NCBI RefSeq assembly: GCF_964204645.1
Contig: NC_134026.1
Span: forward strand, 5,913,950-5,977,949
Source of the DNA: Tubulanus polymorphus
Taxonomy: Eukaryota; Animalia; Nemertea
Reading direction: 5' to 3'
DNA length: 64,000 bases
Both the position numbers and the translations under genes were made by a program. The notes below the pieces were generated by a model that saw nothing but the letters and a program-made list of their open reading frames with translations, had not been told where the DNA came from and ran no database searches. This document shows positions 36,690 to 51,034 of this stretch, piece after piece; positions within the stretch are counted from its first letter, which is position 1, and every line of letters starts with the position of its first letter.

Positions 36690-39600
36690 CCTGTTAAACG
36701 AAACATATATTTTGCATAATCGCATGGAATATCATTCATATCTGTTAAACTATTTCAGTTTTCGTGTCATTTATTGATCCGAGCTCAACAAAACGCCCGT
36801 CTAAGAAGAATATATCTGTCAATATCATTTCGAAAAAACCGTTGGAGAAATATGATCTGATATAATTTAAAACATAAGCGGAATATCTGTATTCCATGAA
36901 ATACTAATCAAATGTTGGCTTAACAAATATTTCCCTATCAACACGACACCCCAATCTTGAGAATGTTTTACACTAACCTGCAGCAGATGTTGCCTTAGTC
37001 TACAGTAAATGAAGGAATGAAAAAAGAATTCCCAATTGGTCTTTATACAGCGGATCGTGATAAACGAATCGAAACGACTTATGTAACCAAGGCTGGTAGT
37101 CAAAACAGACTTTTTCTTCATGGGTGATTTTACGACATTCTGATATTATTCATGATCAAAATCAACGCTTTTGTATGCCTTAGGTCGAATCGTTAGATTC
37201 GTGAACTTATAATCGTCAGGAATGATGGGGATTTAAATTAATGACATTTTTGCAACTCTTTTCGTTATGAGAACGAGGAAACTTTTCTTACTTTTTGTAG
37301 TTAAACGAAGAGATTAATTGTAGTAGTTAAATGAAGAGTAATTCATTGTGTTAGACATTCTTTCAAAGGTCAATTCATTTACTCATTAGTATAATCTCGT
37401 CGCCTTGCATGGACTTGTCTGCGAATTCCGTTCCCCGTCGTTTGGCTCGTTAACTGATATATAATAGTCCTGCTCCGATAAACATGGCACCTATTTAGGC
37501 TGTATGAACTTGGGTTCACCTCCGTCACTTTTCTTCAGAAATATACAAAATTTGTTTTAAATTTTAGTAATTGTCTAACAATTTGGACAAAGCTTAGTCC
37601 ATTTGTAGTAGACATTCCAGTAAAACACTGACTATAGTCGAATAAACGCTAAAATCCGTCGTGTACACTGTAGATAAATGAAGAAATCCCACACTTGTGG
37701 GATTCCTTCATTTATACACTGACTATAATTTGCACCACAAAGTGACACCACTGAATCCAAGTAAATCACTACCAATCAAAAAGTGCCCGGCCCGCCCCGT
37801 GGACAAATTGCTATCATAAGGTTAAAGTAAAGAGCTTCTTTCAATCAATTACATGTTTCTATAGACCTATATGTTTTCCCTTTTCCATTTTGTACCATCC
37901 TGATCAGGGCAGAGTTTAGAAAAAAAAATTATCCACATCGTCCGCGCCTGCGCGTAACTTAATCGTCTGCGGAGAGGTTGTGTTGATTTGAAAATTGATA
38001 ATTCACAGGGGTTTGTTTGAGAAACCAGAAACTAAGACGAATTTTTATTGGGGAATTTTATCCGAAAAATTTTGCTCTAAATGCTTTATATAAGAGCCCA
38101 CAAAACCCGGCAGGACCATTATTCCTTACGATCATTTTCATATTGGGTTCTAAAATGTCCATCCCGAATGGAAAACCTGGTTTTCCTAGATCAACATCGA
38201 ATTGGTTGTAAAATACGAACCGTTCCGACTGTTTATAATTTTTGGAAAATCAACGCTTCACCCTGCAAAAACTTTCATCCAAAACGAATAATAAATCCAA
38301 AGTATTTTTTCATCTATACATATTTCATTCTAAACTAATCAACAAAAACAACAACATGTTATATGATTTCCTACATATCACCAGAAATGGTACATTCAAA
38401 TCTTAAAGGGAAATACTATAACAACAGTCCGTTATTTAACAATACTGGATCGAAATTGGTACCTAAAAATGGCCGTCTGAATCCACGGTAATCGGGTTCG
38501 AATCCCAATAAGATGTTACGTTGTTCATAAACATTACATTTTAGAAAGGTTGTAATAACCAATAAAAAGGTATAAAAATAGTAATTCGTGTACAAAATCA
38601 TTGCTCAAAATACTAGATATAGATACTAGAGCAATCAGTTTTATTATCACAGAACTTGCGGAATACTTTTAATATTAACATTTTATCACTAACCCTGTTA
38701 AGCACCAGGATGTTATAAGTAGACACCATACTGTTCTATTCAATAAACTTCTCTTACAATTAATTAAAGCTTCTCTCCTTACAGAATATCACAGATGAAC
38801 AAAAATGAGCTGTTTTGAGCTATATAGAATGCAATTAATGTACAAACAAAGGATATTAGGCAAAAAATGATGCGTTGTTACTGTAATCGACCGGGTCACT
38901 TTTGTAAACTGCAATAAAATTATCACCATTTCATTCCTATAACTCACTGCCCGGTTATTGTAAGCTTGATCACGAATTTGTGTGTAATGTACGTACAGGG
39001 CAGGGGCGGATCTAGGGGGGTGAATACGGTGGCTAGCCACCCCCTCAAATGCCTTCCAAAAAGTTATCATAAGAGGCTTTTTCGTGTAAATAGCCTATCT
39101 CAAAGAAGATGAAATAAGAATGTTAGCTGCCTCAGAATCAGAACTCACAGTAGCGTTGTGACTATGTATTATATACCAAGTATGCTACGAGCAATCATCG
39201 AGACAAGCTCCCCCGTCTCACGACCTTCGGTCGCTCGGACTTCGCCGCTGAGTGGCTCGCTAGTCGCAGTCTCTTCATTACGTTTTGTCAGCCAACCCCT
39301 TTGAAAAATCCGCCCCTGCAGGTTATAAAGCCGGCCTGCCCGATAAACTTTTAAGCTCGACAGAAATGAGAAACTAGGTATAAATTTGTTCTAGCCTAGC
39401 AGCGAATAGGCCTCCTCAAATTCTAACAGTTTTGAAGGTCCGTCTTAAAATTCACAAACCGTTCTCACGAGTGGTGACGTTAGGAATGATATTGGAAGAG
39501 TATCGTAATTGCATATTCTATCCATAATAATAATTTCGCCTCAGAAACAGGCTCAACGTGCAGCATTTTATCTAATTAAAACTAACAACAGATCAGGTAT

Positions 39601-41746
39601 TGGAGAATCAGGTCAGCCATGATTCGCTTTGAGCCTTTTAATCATCTTATTCACTCGCTCCCGATCTCGACAATATACAATGTTACACATATATAAACAC
39701 AATACACCGATCAATTCAATATCATCTGATGATCGTTTTATGGATTATTAATAATTTTGCAACAGCTGGTTCATCTTGAATAAACATCGCCCGGTTCGAT
39801 GGAACTGTACTGTACTCCATGAAGGAGGTTACAAAAATCCTCTATCATTTTCGTCAAACGAATAGAGAGCATCATTTAATACTGCGGTACGAATTTCAAG
39901 AGATTCAGCGGCGAAATCTCACAGCGGGACTCGTCACAATAGATAGCGAATGAATAAAACCAATATCCAACGACCAACCAGTCATCGATGCTGGCTTTAT
40001 TCATTCACTATCAATTGTGACAAGTCCCTGTGCAAAATCTAAGGGTCTTAACCATTTCTAGGGCCACAGGAAAATGCTTTTTTCCAGAATTTTCAACAAA
40101 ATCATGCCATAATTTTTTTTACAGAAAATGCCTTTTTTCAGAATTTTCAACAAAATTATGCCTTATTTCACAGAAAACGCCCTTTACAAGATTTTTTTTT
40201 CGATATGGATCACCCCTTTGTATACATGTCACATATAAGAGAACTGTAAAAGCATAAAATGAACTGTAGAAGTCTGACATTATAAGGTGGTGATTCTCAT
40301 CATGGTGGAGAACGAATTTCAGGGCCGTACATAGCGGGGGCAGCTTCCAGAAATTTTTTATAAGTGCCCTTTTCGCGAATATTATTCCTACGTATATCCA
40401 ACAGAATTGCCCTTTTTCGGGTTTCTCTCTTGTGCCCCCAAAATCCATACGCCAGGTACAGCCATGAATTTCGACCAGGAAATATCACCGTGACATATTT
40501 TCATTTAGTCAAATGTACCGAGAAATATTTACAAATCGATGACTCGTGCTTCGCCTCTCGACGTACCGGCAAAAATAAAAATAACGATCAATGACTGCAC
40601 CGGAGTTCATGTAATCATATATATGCGTGCTATGGTTGCGCAGTCAGATATTTCAATTTGTGAAATTGAGAAATCGAATTCATACCGTAATGAAATAACT
40701 AATTAAGCGTAGTGCTTCAGCTCCTCGAGTTCACGGTGACAGCTGTCATCGATGCTAGATATATATATCGCGTCATCTGTGTTTTACATGTTTCGATAAC
40801 CGGTAAAGATGGTGCCACCGGATAACGGGCAGACGCATTCATCGAACTTTATTCGGGTCACACAATGTCTGCCAGTATTCAAGACATCAGCCGTGATCAC
40901 TCAAACAAATTTGGCCTGGAACAAACTGTTCACACGAATGAAAAATGGGCCTGAGCCTGTTTGGCCGGGCCCGAGCCAAATTTTAGCATGAGACAAATGA
41001 TCGTGTTTGAATTGCAGCTGGTACCGGAATTGACCCACTTCCCTTTGTTTGAGCATTGTTTAGTATCGAGTGAGTGGTTTACATGTGAGCGCGCTCTCTA
41101 ATTATAGGCACAGGCCAAATTTGGCTCCCGCCTGATCCGTGCCAATTTGGGCCATGCCAAATCGTCTCCATGTGTTCGAGGCTATTAGTTTTCTTTTATT
41201 ACGTATGCAGACAGAAAATTCCAAGCACCATGTATTTCATAGAATCTCTTCTCATGTTGGAGTTCTTTGCTCGGAAAATTGATTCGTTAAATAGTTCAAT
41301 TTTTGAAGATAAGAATAGTCACAATTAATCTAACCCATCTGTAGAACATTCTGTCCTGTCCTTAACAATAAACTCAAACAATAACCGATTTGGAAATATC
41401 ATATATCAACAAACCTCCCGAGTTTAACAGTAATCAGAGTTTATCAGATCCAACTTGAGCAGAGCCTATTCTAGAACGTAGATAGTGCATGCAGATCATT
41501 GGAGTATACTCAGAATTTTTTCCAACTGTAAAAAGTCAGTTTGAATTTCAACCCCTTGTCTGCCGTGCACATTCTTATGTATTAACAGAAATTCATAGAC
41601 TTTATGAATTTTTGGTATTAACCATAGAGGGGAAAATCTAGACCCCTCCATCTCGTGCATAAACTAATAAATGAACCAGATTGGCTCCTATAATCCTGGT
41701 GCTTTCTTTCATATTTTTGATGATTCCTGATAGAGTATCGCCAGTT

Positions 41747-44700
41747 TTAAGCGTTGCGCTCCTGATCTCTTTTGGTTTGTTCAACTGTCAGTTGATTGAA
41801 TGCGTGTCGCAACACCTGAAATATAGAAAAAAAGAAGCAGACTGTTATGCAATCAAACAAGAACGAATCGCTGTTTTTCTATCTACGACGTACAATTCAT
41901 TTAATTTATTCATTAAGCATTTTGGGGGCGAAGCACGATACAATAATTACTCTTATGTCTCCGATGAAAAACCTGGCCCTCGCACACCCCACGAGCTTGT
42001 TAGTTCATCGTACATGTGCATAGCCGAATTGTGTATATAGACAATAGAAAATTATTCCAATATGGACAGCTGATTAAACAGCAAGTAAATCATCATTGCG
42101 ACAGAATGTGCTCCCAATGGCTGCAAAAAAGCACTTATCTACTAAAAACTGTCAAAAAGTCTTACATCAGCACTTAGAACATAACCTCTATGTATTTAAG
42201 AAAATATATACATAATTACTGGCAGAAAAAATACATTCAACGAAGTTGAATGAGTGTTGGAGTAGTGAGGGTAAATACGGTTCCTCTTCTATTTTCGAAA
42301 CCCCAAATAGTGCAATGGATGAAATCAATGCGAATATGAATTCCCAAATCGTCCCATTTTTTGACGCCGTACAAACCGTTACAATAATGTTTATATTCAT
42401 TGATATCTAGTATGCGTAAGGGGCTGTGTGAATCGATGTACACTATGTCATCAATATTGGCATTTCAAAATAACAATCATAATTTTGGCACTTATTTTGT
42501 GATTCAATATATTTCATAACTCTTATTATTCTAATTTTGGTATTTGTTTCTAGAGAGGATGTGCACTACGTCATCAATATATCGGGGCTAGACTGGTTGC
42601 TAGTGAATTCAATTCAATTATCGTTATATTCAAATTCAAAATAACTTTATTGATCGATAATATTATGAATTCATATCATATTATTCATTGTCGACGATAT
42701 TACGCAATATATGTGTTATTTTTCAATGTGTTAATAAACTTTCAAGTTGTCTTCTTCATTAATGATTTTCTCGAGCTAGCAAGTGGAGTGAAATATTAAT
42801 GCGACTAATGACACCAGCGGTGACATTCATCATATAGGCCTACCTCGTCGGTATCACGAATTTCTGATTGCAAATGATTCTTCTTGTGTTTCTCATGTTC
42901 TGGAGTTATAGGCAGACCGTACTGAGATGGCATCGGAACCTGAATCAAGGCAAAGATTTCGCAAATATTTCATAAACTTCATATGGATAGTAGAATAACC
43001 ACATTCAAATGTGGAGAGCAGATATTTAGACAAAAACCCACTATATACAGATTTAAAAAGTTTTAAAATCGAGAATTCATTCAATCAAAAATTAATCAAA
43101 AAGCCACAAAGTTTCAAACTCTCAGTAGAGATCATTATCAGGTGTGAACGATGATCTCTAGTGTAAGTTTGAAATATCAGTTCATTTTAATAACTTTTAG
43201 ATTGAATAAATTCTTCATTTAAAAAACTTTTAAAATCTAGAGTAGATCTAAAAGTAGAGGGTTAAATCTGAAAATAGAGGGTTTTATTTTAGTTCATATT
43301 TACAATAAATTTTTAGTTCAAGGTGATTCACCGAAATGTTTGCTCTTTTTTTACCTCTTTGACTTTTTCCAAAAGACCGTGTGGTTGCACTATCACTTTT
43401 GGGAAATTTTCAGGTAAATGACTCAAGTGACTACAAAAAAATAAAATAATTTTACCATACAGCAATGAGTTTTTACAATAAGTCAAAAGTTTTATGTCAA
43501 ATTCATTTCTGTATCAGTCTAGGTTTCTCAATAATGAAAAATATACAGACAAGTCATCACATTCTTTAAGTGGTCCTAATTTGAAGGCATTTCCAATTCA
43601 ATTCTATGGACTTTTTATTTGGACTTCGTGTGAAACTGACTAAAGAAATAATGATCAAATCATGACGACAATATGACTAAGTAGACTTAATTCGACAAGT
43701 CAGGATACCTATGTTGATTTTTTGCGATATTGGTCTACCCGTAACAAAAATCAACAAACATATCTCGACATTACAAGTAAAGTCGTGATAATTGATTTGA
43801 CTGAGGTAACATCGAGATATAGATATCGACATTGGTAAAAATTATGATCAGTATCACGATTGATCTTGATAAGTTATCACGATATCGAGATAATTGAGAT
43901 AACGCGTTATATCGACTTAAATATATCGATAAATTGCGATATATCGTGTTTTGTCGAGATAATTTTATCATGATATTTTCTCTAGAGGGATTCACAAAAG
44001 TTCCCAATTCATTTCCGTACAATTCGCTAAACTTGGGTCGTCATGAAAATTTAGACAGGTTTCAACGGCGACATTATGTCAGTGCGAAAATTCGAAATAA
44101 ACCTACGCAATACAAGCTTCACTTTCCCCTTTCATTCTTTGTTCATACTCAGCAAATTCTTGTTGTCTCATTCTGCAAAACATAAATATACTCTTCTTAC
44201 AGACCTGCCGACCTATCAATTACCACATCAGGGACTTGGACATTGTATTTTCTAGAAAGGATTTCTTCAAAGGTATATGGATGACCCTACCAAATGGCTG
44301 CCTTATCCGAGAAATGCTTTTTCTTTTCTTCTCGACCCCAGCCTGCCAATTTTCGTGGCTGCCTCAGATACACCCGGTACAGCATGATCGCTGCGATAAA
44401 ATTTTCAATAAACAGGTTTTAAGACTTACAAGATTCGTCTCTGTAATAAAGCTATATCTTCCATCATCACCTTTCGTTCATGATGTATTTGTTCATCGTG
44501 GATTTGTTTCGCAACATCTGCGATTGACTGGACATTTTCAATCAACGTTTTCTCCGTCTGTAAATAAAAATAGTGGGATATATGCTAAGAATTCGAATAT
44601 TTTGATTCTGATGGGAATTTATTTGGGCTGCCGTTGTGCGACAAACATGGAAAATGTTAAGATTTTCATAAAAACCTTAACATCAGGTGACCTAGCTCAG

Positions 44701-47700
44701 TCAGGTTTTGTGATGCATACCCGATGCAGGTTTAAGGACCAGAATGGACTTGCGATGAACTAAAACATCAATTTTTAATCCATTTTACACTACATTCAAG
44801 GATTCCCAAAAATTCTTCATTGAAAGTAGTTGCATCAAAGAAAAGAAAGAGACACCATTTTTTGTAAAAAACAAATAAAACAATATGCAGCTCCATGGCT
44901 ACCAAATGAAGTTTTTTCAAATCATCAATTTATGGATTGTAGGCATGGAAACACATAATTGAACATTCAAATTATGGCGTCACTATTCTCTATTCCATCT
45001 AAAGAGTTGAAATAGACATTAGACAGTCAACCCCCAAAATATAGCCAGTCCTGCCCAATGTCAAGTTTATTCTGTGGACAGGCGTTGACTCCAAATAAAA
45101 ATTCGCTGTAAAAGATCACCAATCATTCTCCAAAAAAAAAAATATAAAAGTTTGAACGAAAGACTTGAATGAATTCAGTCGAAACGAATTGATACAATAG
45201 AATTGTTCTAGCAATATAAACCAGCTAAAACGATACTGACACCGACAACTCATTTCTGGTATGGAGTGGAGTATGCTAGGCTCACAGTGCACCTGTCCAC
45301 TTAAATCCACTTACATAACAAACACTCGGGCAGGCACATGTTCACGACTGCGCCAGGCAGGCTGTTCAAATTGTGTATTATTCCATATACACAGAAATAC
45401 GCATAAAAGGCATTCACAGTCTCAATTATCCCCAGAAGCTGAACTAAGAAAAAGCCATCTACATCATGCAAGTTGGTGTGGAACCCCATGTTCAAGACAA
45501 ATACCCGGTAGCTTTTTGAAAATATTGATAAATCTTAGAACAGCGGTAGCCATTTAGTGGTGACAGAATGTTAGATATTGTTGTGAAACTATACCAGCCA
45601 AGCACATTTTGCTTGAAGTTTCATTTACACTTACCAAATTAGGACCGAACATATGATTCAAGACTACATGGTATATAGACTCGACATTTTGCACACCCCT
45701 GCACCCTCCCCTTGGGTCTGCGCCGCCAAATTGGCCGTCAATTCAATGCAAGATTTAAATGACAGATTCCCGAAATCTGTAGATGACCAGATTATCTTGG
45801 TATGTTGTTATGTATGGTAATTCTCTGAATTCACTGACCATCAAAACAAACTATGACATCATCATGAATAAGATCTCTATACATGCCTACAGTTCATCAC
45901 CGTAAATATAAAACAGAATATTCCATTCCATCTATCGTTGAAATATGTAATTACCAGAAGGCTTCTAATTACCAGATCTTTTTAAAACAGAAGGCCAGCT
46001 TTGAAGAATTCATACCACAATGTCTGATGGTAGGTGGTTCATTGACAGCAGATTGATATAACATCGATATATTTCAATAGACTCACCGACATCTTTCCAA
46101 TTCTGACATTTTGCCCGTCTAAAAGGTTTATTGTAGTAGCTGATATCATTGCTTCGCGGTAACGTTTGTGCCCTTGCATTGGATTACCCTGAAGTATATA
46201 TGTACGTGGTCAATTCGATGAAATCATGTAGCTCAAAAGCTTATCTATGGCATTTATTGTTTGAACGGAAAAGCCCAATTCATCCAGAAATGCTCAACAA
46301 ACAGCATTCGTGTTCAACAAACAAAATTGTATATAACAAACATAAAAGAGGATTATAAATAATATCTGTAGTACGTGCTAGTTTTTACTACTATACAGGG
46401 CAGTAAGTATCCACTGGATCCAGTTCCACAGTTCTGAGTTAAGATTTGACGCAGAGTAAACTCATTGAAAATGAACTAATTTCAACGCAGAGTTAACTCG
46501 CAACACTGTGGAACTGGATCCTGGATTTTATCATAATCTTGATTAACCTGATACTGATTAGAGACTGGTTTCCCAGCCAGCAATTTGCTGCCGGCTCGAA
46601 ATCGACCCCTAACTGGAATCAAACGTTGAATCTTACCCGGAATGAGACGAGTTCCAGTTTACCGAGACGCCGGAGGCTTTCGCACGTTCCGACGAGATCT
46701 TCGATCAGGTTCTCATCGGCGTTTATGCTGACGAGTTCCGTGCAAGCAGACGTGGGAAGAATGGATTTCTGAATTAATACGGTAACAACATTGAACAACG
46801 ATGCATGAGTACGGCAAAGAAATTCAATGCTTTAACGCAATTCCGAAGCAATGCATGATTTTCATTTTACCAGGGCCGAGTTTCACGAAAAAGTTGAACT
46901 AAAATGTTTGGTTTTCGTAATTGACATTGGGTTACTTCATGATTTCGTTTTGAAAACAATTCAAACTTAAACTGTTTTAAGCTAAAACCCTGTTTTAAGC
47001 TGCTTAAACTTTTACGTGAAACTAAACCCTGCATGATTGGTTTCGTAGTTAGATCTGACAGTGGAACCAGTTTAGTTGTACTTTCAGATAAGAAGACAAG
47101 GGAAAGATCAACATCAAAAGTCAATTCTCAATTATCCACCACATTGTTAGAACCAATGCCTTGTTGACGGAGAACTGAACATCTGGGCAGAAAAACGGAG
47201 GGTAGTGGCAGTGTTCATTGGAAGAAAGGGACGGCTCCCGAATCGACGTTTAGATTCAGCACTTACGATTTTATTCTTCTGTATGAATAATTCGCGTAAA
47301 TTTGCGAGTACCTGGATTCCTTCGAGAGTTTCGATCTGCAATTCAATCACCCATTTATGTTAATCATCAAAGACACCGACAGAATATCAAGAATATCAAG
47401 ATCCTGAATGAAAATTCCAAGTTACAAAAGAACTGTCGCAAAAGAACAAACTTACGTCGTTATGATCCAAATGCAATTTCGTTAGATTCGATAGAATAGG
47501 CATGTCTTTGATATCTACGATGCGATTCATGCTCAAGTGAAGCTCTCGAAGTTCTAAACACCGAGAAAGACTGATCACCGATTGCAGAAAATTGTGCGAC
47601 AAATTCAAGCACCTCAGTTGTCGACAGACTTCGATACCGCTGCAACTGAAAAATGAAGGTCATGGTAATCGATTTTTTGAAAATTGAGAAAAGTAGGCAA

Positions 47701-48541
47701 CTTTATGTTTTTCGAATGGAACTTATCACTAATAACTTACTTTGTTATTCTGTTGATCGATGCGTTCAAACTACGGAGGTTGTGGAAGTGAACGAGTCCG
47801 TCGTAATCCAGTATACGAATGTCATTCACCGATATATCTAGATGTAGTATCTTAGACGGCTGATCTATTGGCGACGTGACTTTAGGTTGAACAGCTCTGA
47901 AACATCCATAGTATAGTATAGTCAATATCTATTTACTCATTACAGTGAGTTGTACAAGCAGGTCGGATAGGAAACATAATTCAGGTAACAAAACTTTTCC
48001 AGTGTGATGGCAGATTAAGAGTAGAGATCATTCAATTATAACGTAGGTACCCATAAAATTTGAATTGTTCAACCCACCTCGTAGCCTACACAAAATTTTT
48101 TCGTATACATTAAGCATTACAGGTTGCAATTGCACTGACTCCACTCCCTTCCCCCAATGCGTACATAATAAATGAATGACCCTGTATGCAACCAATACAA
48201 GTTATACAAACAAGGTTCAATGCGCGACACCGGTAGTTCTGTCGCTGGCGCCCGAGAAGAAACTAAATCTACTCAATCGTACTGCACTTCATCATACGTT
48301 CTCGGGTTTTAGTTTATCTAAGATTTTCCAAATTCTGGAAAAAGATACGCTCAAAAAGTGAAGTGTGGACTTACCGATCATTAAACCACCGAAATCCGTA
48401 ACGCAGTGTATTCAACTGACACATTTTCAAAACTCACTGTAAATACGACACGTTCGATTTCGAGACGTCCCATGAATCCGGTATATTTGAAATATGCGAC
48501 AGTTTCTTTTCGACGAGTTCTCTGGAGATATACGTCGCCAT
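41747..48541 (-). CDS. LRR/coiled-coil gene, copy 2 (exon 1 carries a TTA>TGA change; either shortened by alternative splicing or a pseudogene)
   Basis: Same exon set as copy 1 at +19065 to +19070 offset. A>C at 48435 creates an in-frame TGA and also a GTGAGT donor. Confidence 0.75.
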
Positions 48542-49547
48542 AGCAAACAGTGGCACTTCAATTTTCAAGTTCCAGAGGCCAGATAGTGGAAAGACTGAAA
48601 TGGAAGTGCCATTTGATACAACATATTTCTATTCAAGAACTTTGCATTTTTGGCTTAATTATTGTGGGATTTCTTGCGTTTATTCATCATACACGGATAT
48701 TGTGTATCTTAGCGACTCGTAAAGTGGTGCAGTAGAGCTAAAAAATGTATGCCTTACGACAATAGTCAATAGTCTCTGGTTTAGTTCAGGGTCCCTATAG
48801 ATCATTCATCCCTGGATATGAGGAATTTTCAAAGATTTGAAGGAGAAAATTTCACTATAAAGAATTGTCTGCATCTCTTTCCTGACCTATCCCAATTACA
48901 GCAGACTCCTCAAAAATCTGTTCTGTTTATCTGGGTAAATTATCAATTAGGGGTTGCGATCAATAGCGATATGACTGACACTCAGTGAAGTGTATGCCAT
49001 TGGAGTTTTAATATACCGGTAGTTGGATAGACAATTGGATAGATTTGTCAAACAAACCACTAAAGCCCAGAATCATGAAAGCGTTCTAAAACCTCATTAG
49101 ACTCAGTGGCATTGGAACGGCAGCTTGAATGAACATCCAAAAATATACGTCTAGTTCAGGTGAGCTAAGAAGTTAGGTAGTACTAAACACCGACCAAAAC
49201 TGTCCAAAACTGTCTGATACCGACCAAAAGCTGTCCAATACCGACCAAAAGCTGCCAAACACCCATCAAAATCCTCCCAACCAAAATTCCTGGTCTCATT
49301 TGACAGTGTGGATAAAATCAGCGGAAATCTTGCCCAACCCACCATCCACGATTTCATGAATCATGTATATCCGGTGTTAACCGCCAAATTGAAACTTCGT
49401 CCTTGGCCAGATTTCTCGAGTTTCCATTCCCAAAAGCCGAATAAAAATCAAGAATCAAAACTCTAATAAAAGTTTGAATCTGTTCTAAATCTACATAATA
49501 TCTAATATCTGTTTAAATCTACAGTACGATTTCAATATGAAACAAAA

Positions 49548-51034
49548 CAGTCAGGAACACTTTCCAAAAACGGCTTATTCTGCCAATTTCGGCGTTTTCC
49601 GCCAATTACGGCAGAATCAGCCGTTTATGGATCACTCAGTTTTGAAACTTTCACAGTCGTTTATGGCTTAATCAGCCAGTTTCAGCTCACTAAGTTTCGA
49701 GTTTTGCTTTAAAGTTTTTTGCGCACTTCCGGTTCAATTAGCGCATGTTGCCGATGACGTCATAATCTCGAGCAGACGATAAGCTTTCATATGACGCTAG
49801 GATGGAAATTTTTGAGCTAGGTAAAGTGGTCAAATTTACGTTTTTCTAAATGATTACGTCATATGAAGCCCAAAAACTCCGGGAAAACTCTCAAAACTAC
49901 TACAGCATGAAACAAGTTTATTAATCATGATTTTTGTTAAAAATAAATTTGGGAACTAGTTTTAAAAACTATTATAAAGTTTTCAAGTAAACGTTGCCAT
50001 GGGTACACATAAAAACATTCGCCATTTCTGGCGTATTCCGCCGTTTTTGGCGTAGTTAGTTTTATAATCATAAACTATTAAGCCATTATTGGCAGTCCAC
50101 TTGTTATATATGAGGATTCCCCCACCCACTTAGACGTTTCCCCTAGTGTCTACGCGGTACTTTTTTCGGAATAAAATAATTAATTTGCTGAGGTGAACGG
50201 ATGTGTAAATATTATATGTTGAAAATAAAATTATTATTATTATAATTATCATTCTCATAAGACAAATCAATCATGGATGTATAAACTAGTGTATCAAAAA
50301 TCTAGTTTTAAGTTTTGCCCATGGTCTTATCTTGCCTAATAAAGCATAGAATGGTGAGGGATATATTGGACTGCATATGATGTTGGTTAATTGAAGGTAA
50401 TTAACATCTTCGATGCCTCCAAGCTAGGCTAATTGATGGATTCTTGTGATGGATAGTGATTGAATGAATTGGTGGCCGATGACGTTACAACTCAAAATCG
50501 ATAGGCCTACAGCTGTATCTAGACTCATTTCAAAATACAACAAACATTTTCGAAACAATTTGGGATACATGTATGTATATATTTATTTCATAGAATACAG
50601 GTATACAGAAAGAACAGAATTCAAATACATTTGCCATCGGAAACCCATACATTTATATTTAATTCTTTCTTGAAGCCTGGAACGGATCAATGAGATTAAT
50701 TTTTCGGCGCAAATATACAAATGTATGCCAGCAGAAAAGCGATGATGTCATAATAGGGACTCCCATCGAACTAAGCATTATAAATAGCACCTGTAAAACT
50801 ATCTAAGCTAAAAACGCCGTTTCTGGCGATGTAGTTTTAAAAACTGTAACAGCTGAAAACGGCGGAAATGGCGTTTTTTAAGAACAAGCCAAAAATGGCA
50901 GAAAACGCCGATTTCGGCTAAATTGGCAGAAGCAGTTTAAAACTGAGTAATCCATAAATGGCTGATTCTGCCGTTATTGGCGGAAAACGCCGAAATTGGC
51001 AGAATAAGCCGTTTTTGGAAAGTGTTCCTGACTG
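49548..51034. mobile_element. 1487-bp non-autonomous DNA transposon with ~100-bp TIRs and 5-bp TSD (hAT5-like?)
   Basis: TIR CAGTCAGGAACACTTTCCAAAAACGGCTTATTCTGCC... nearly perfect over ~100 bp. CAAAA duplicated (49543-49547, 51035-51039). Empty site in copy 1 at 33588-33592. No transposase ORF. Confidence 0.88.

Larger units (their letters stand above)
18866..37885 (+). repeat. Segmental tandem duplication, copy 1 (~19.0 kb)
   Basis: Collinear and nearly identical to 37887-60592 (ORF tracks repeat at ~19.07 kb, then ~17.46 kb offsets). Both copies start ATTTTGTACCATCC and end ATGTTTTCCCTTTTC. Confidence 0.93.

Noticed and set aside
36690-36725. N-terminal MRLCKIYVSFNR of the 425-aa ORFs (also in B and C)
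   Set aside because: Overlaps a pyrimidine tract and acceptor (TTTAACAG). Paralog D has the same acceptor-then-ATG layout with different upstream sequence, and the signal peptide starts at MMTGK.
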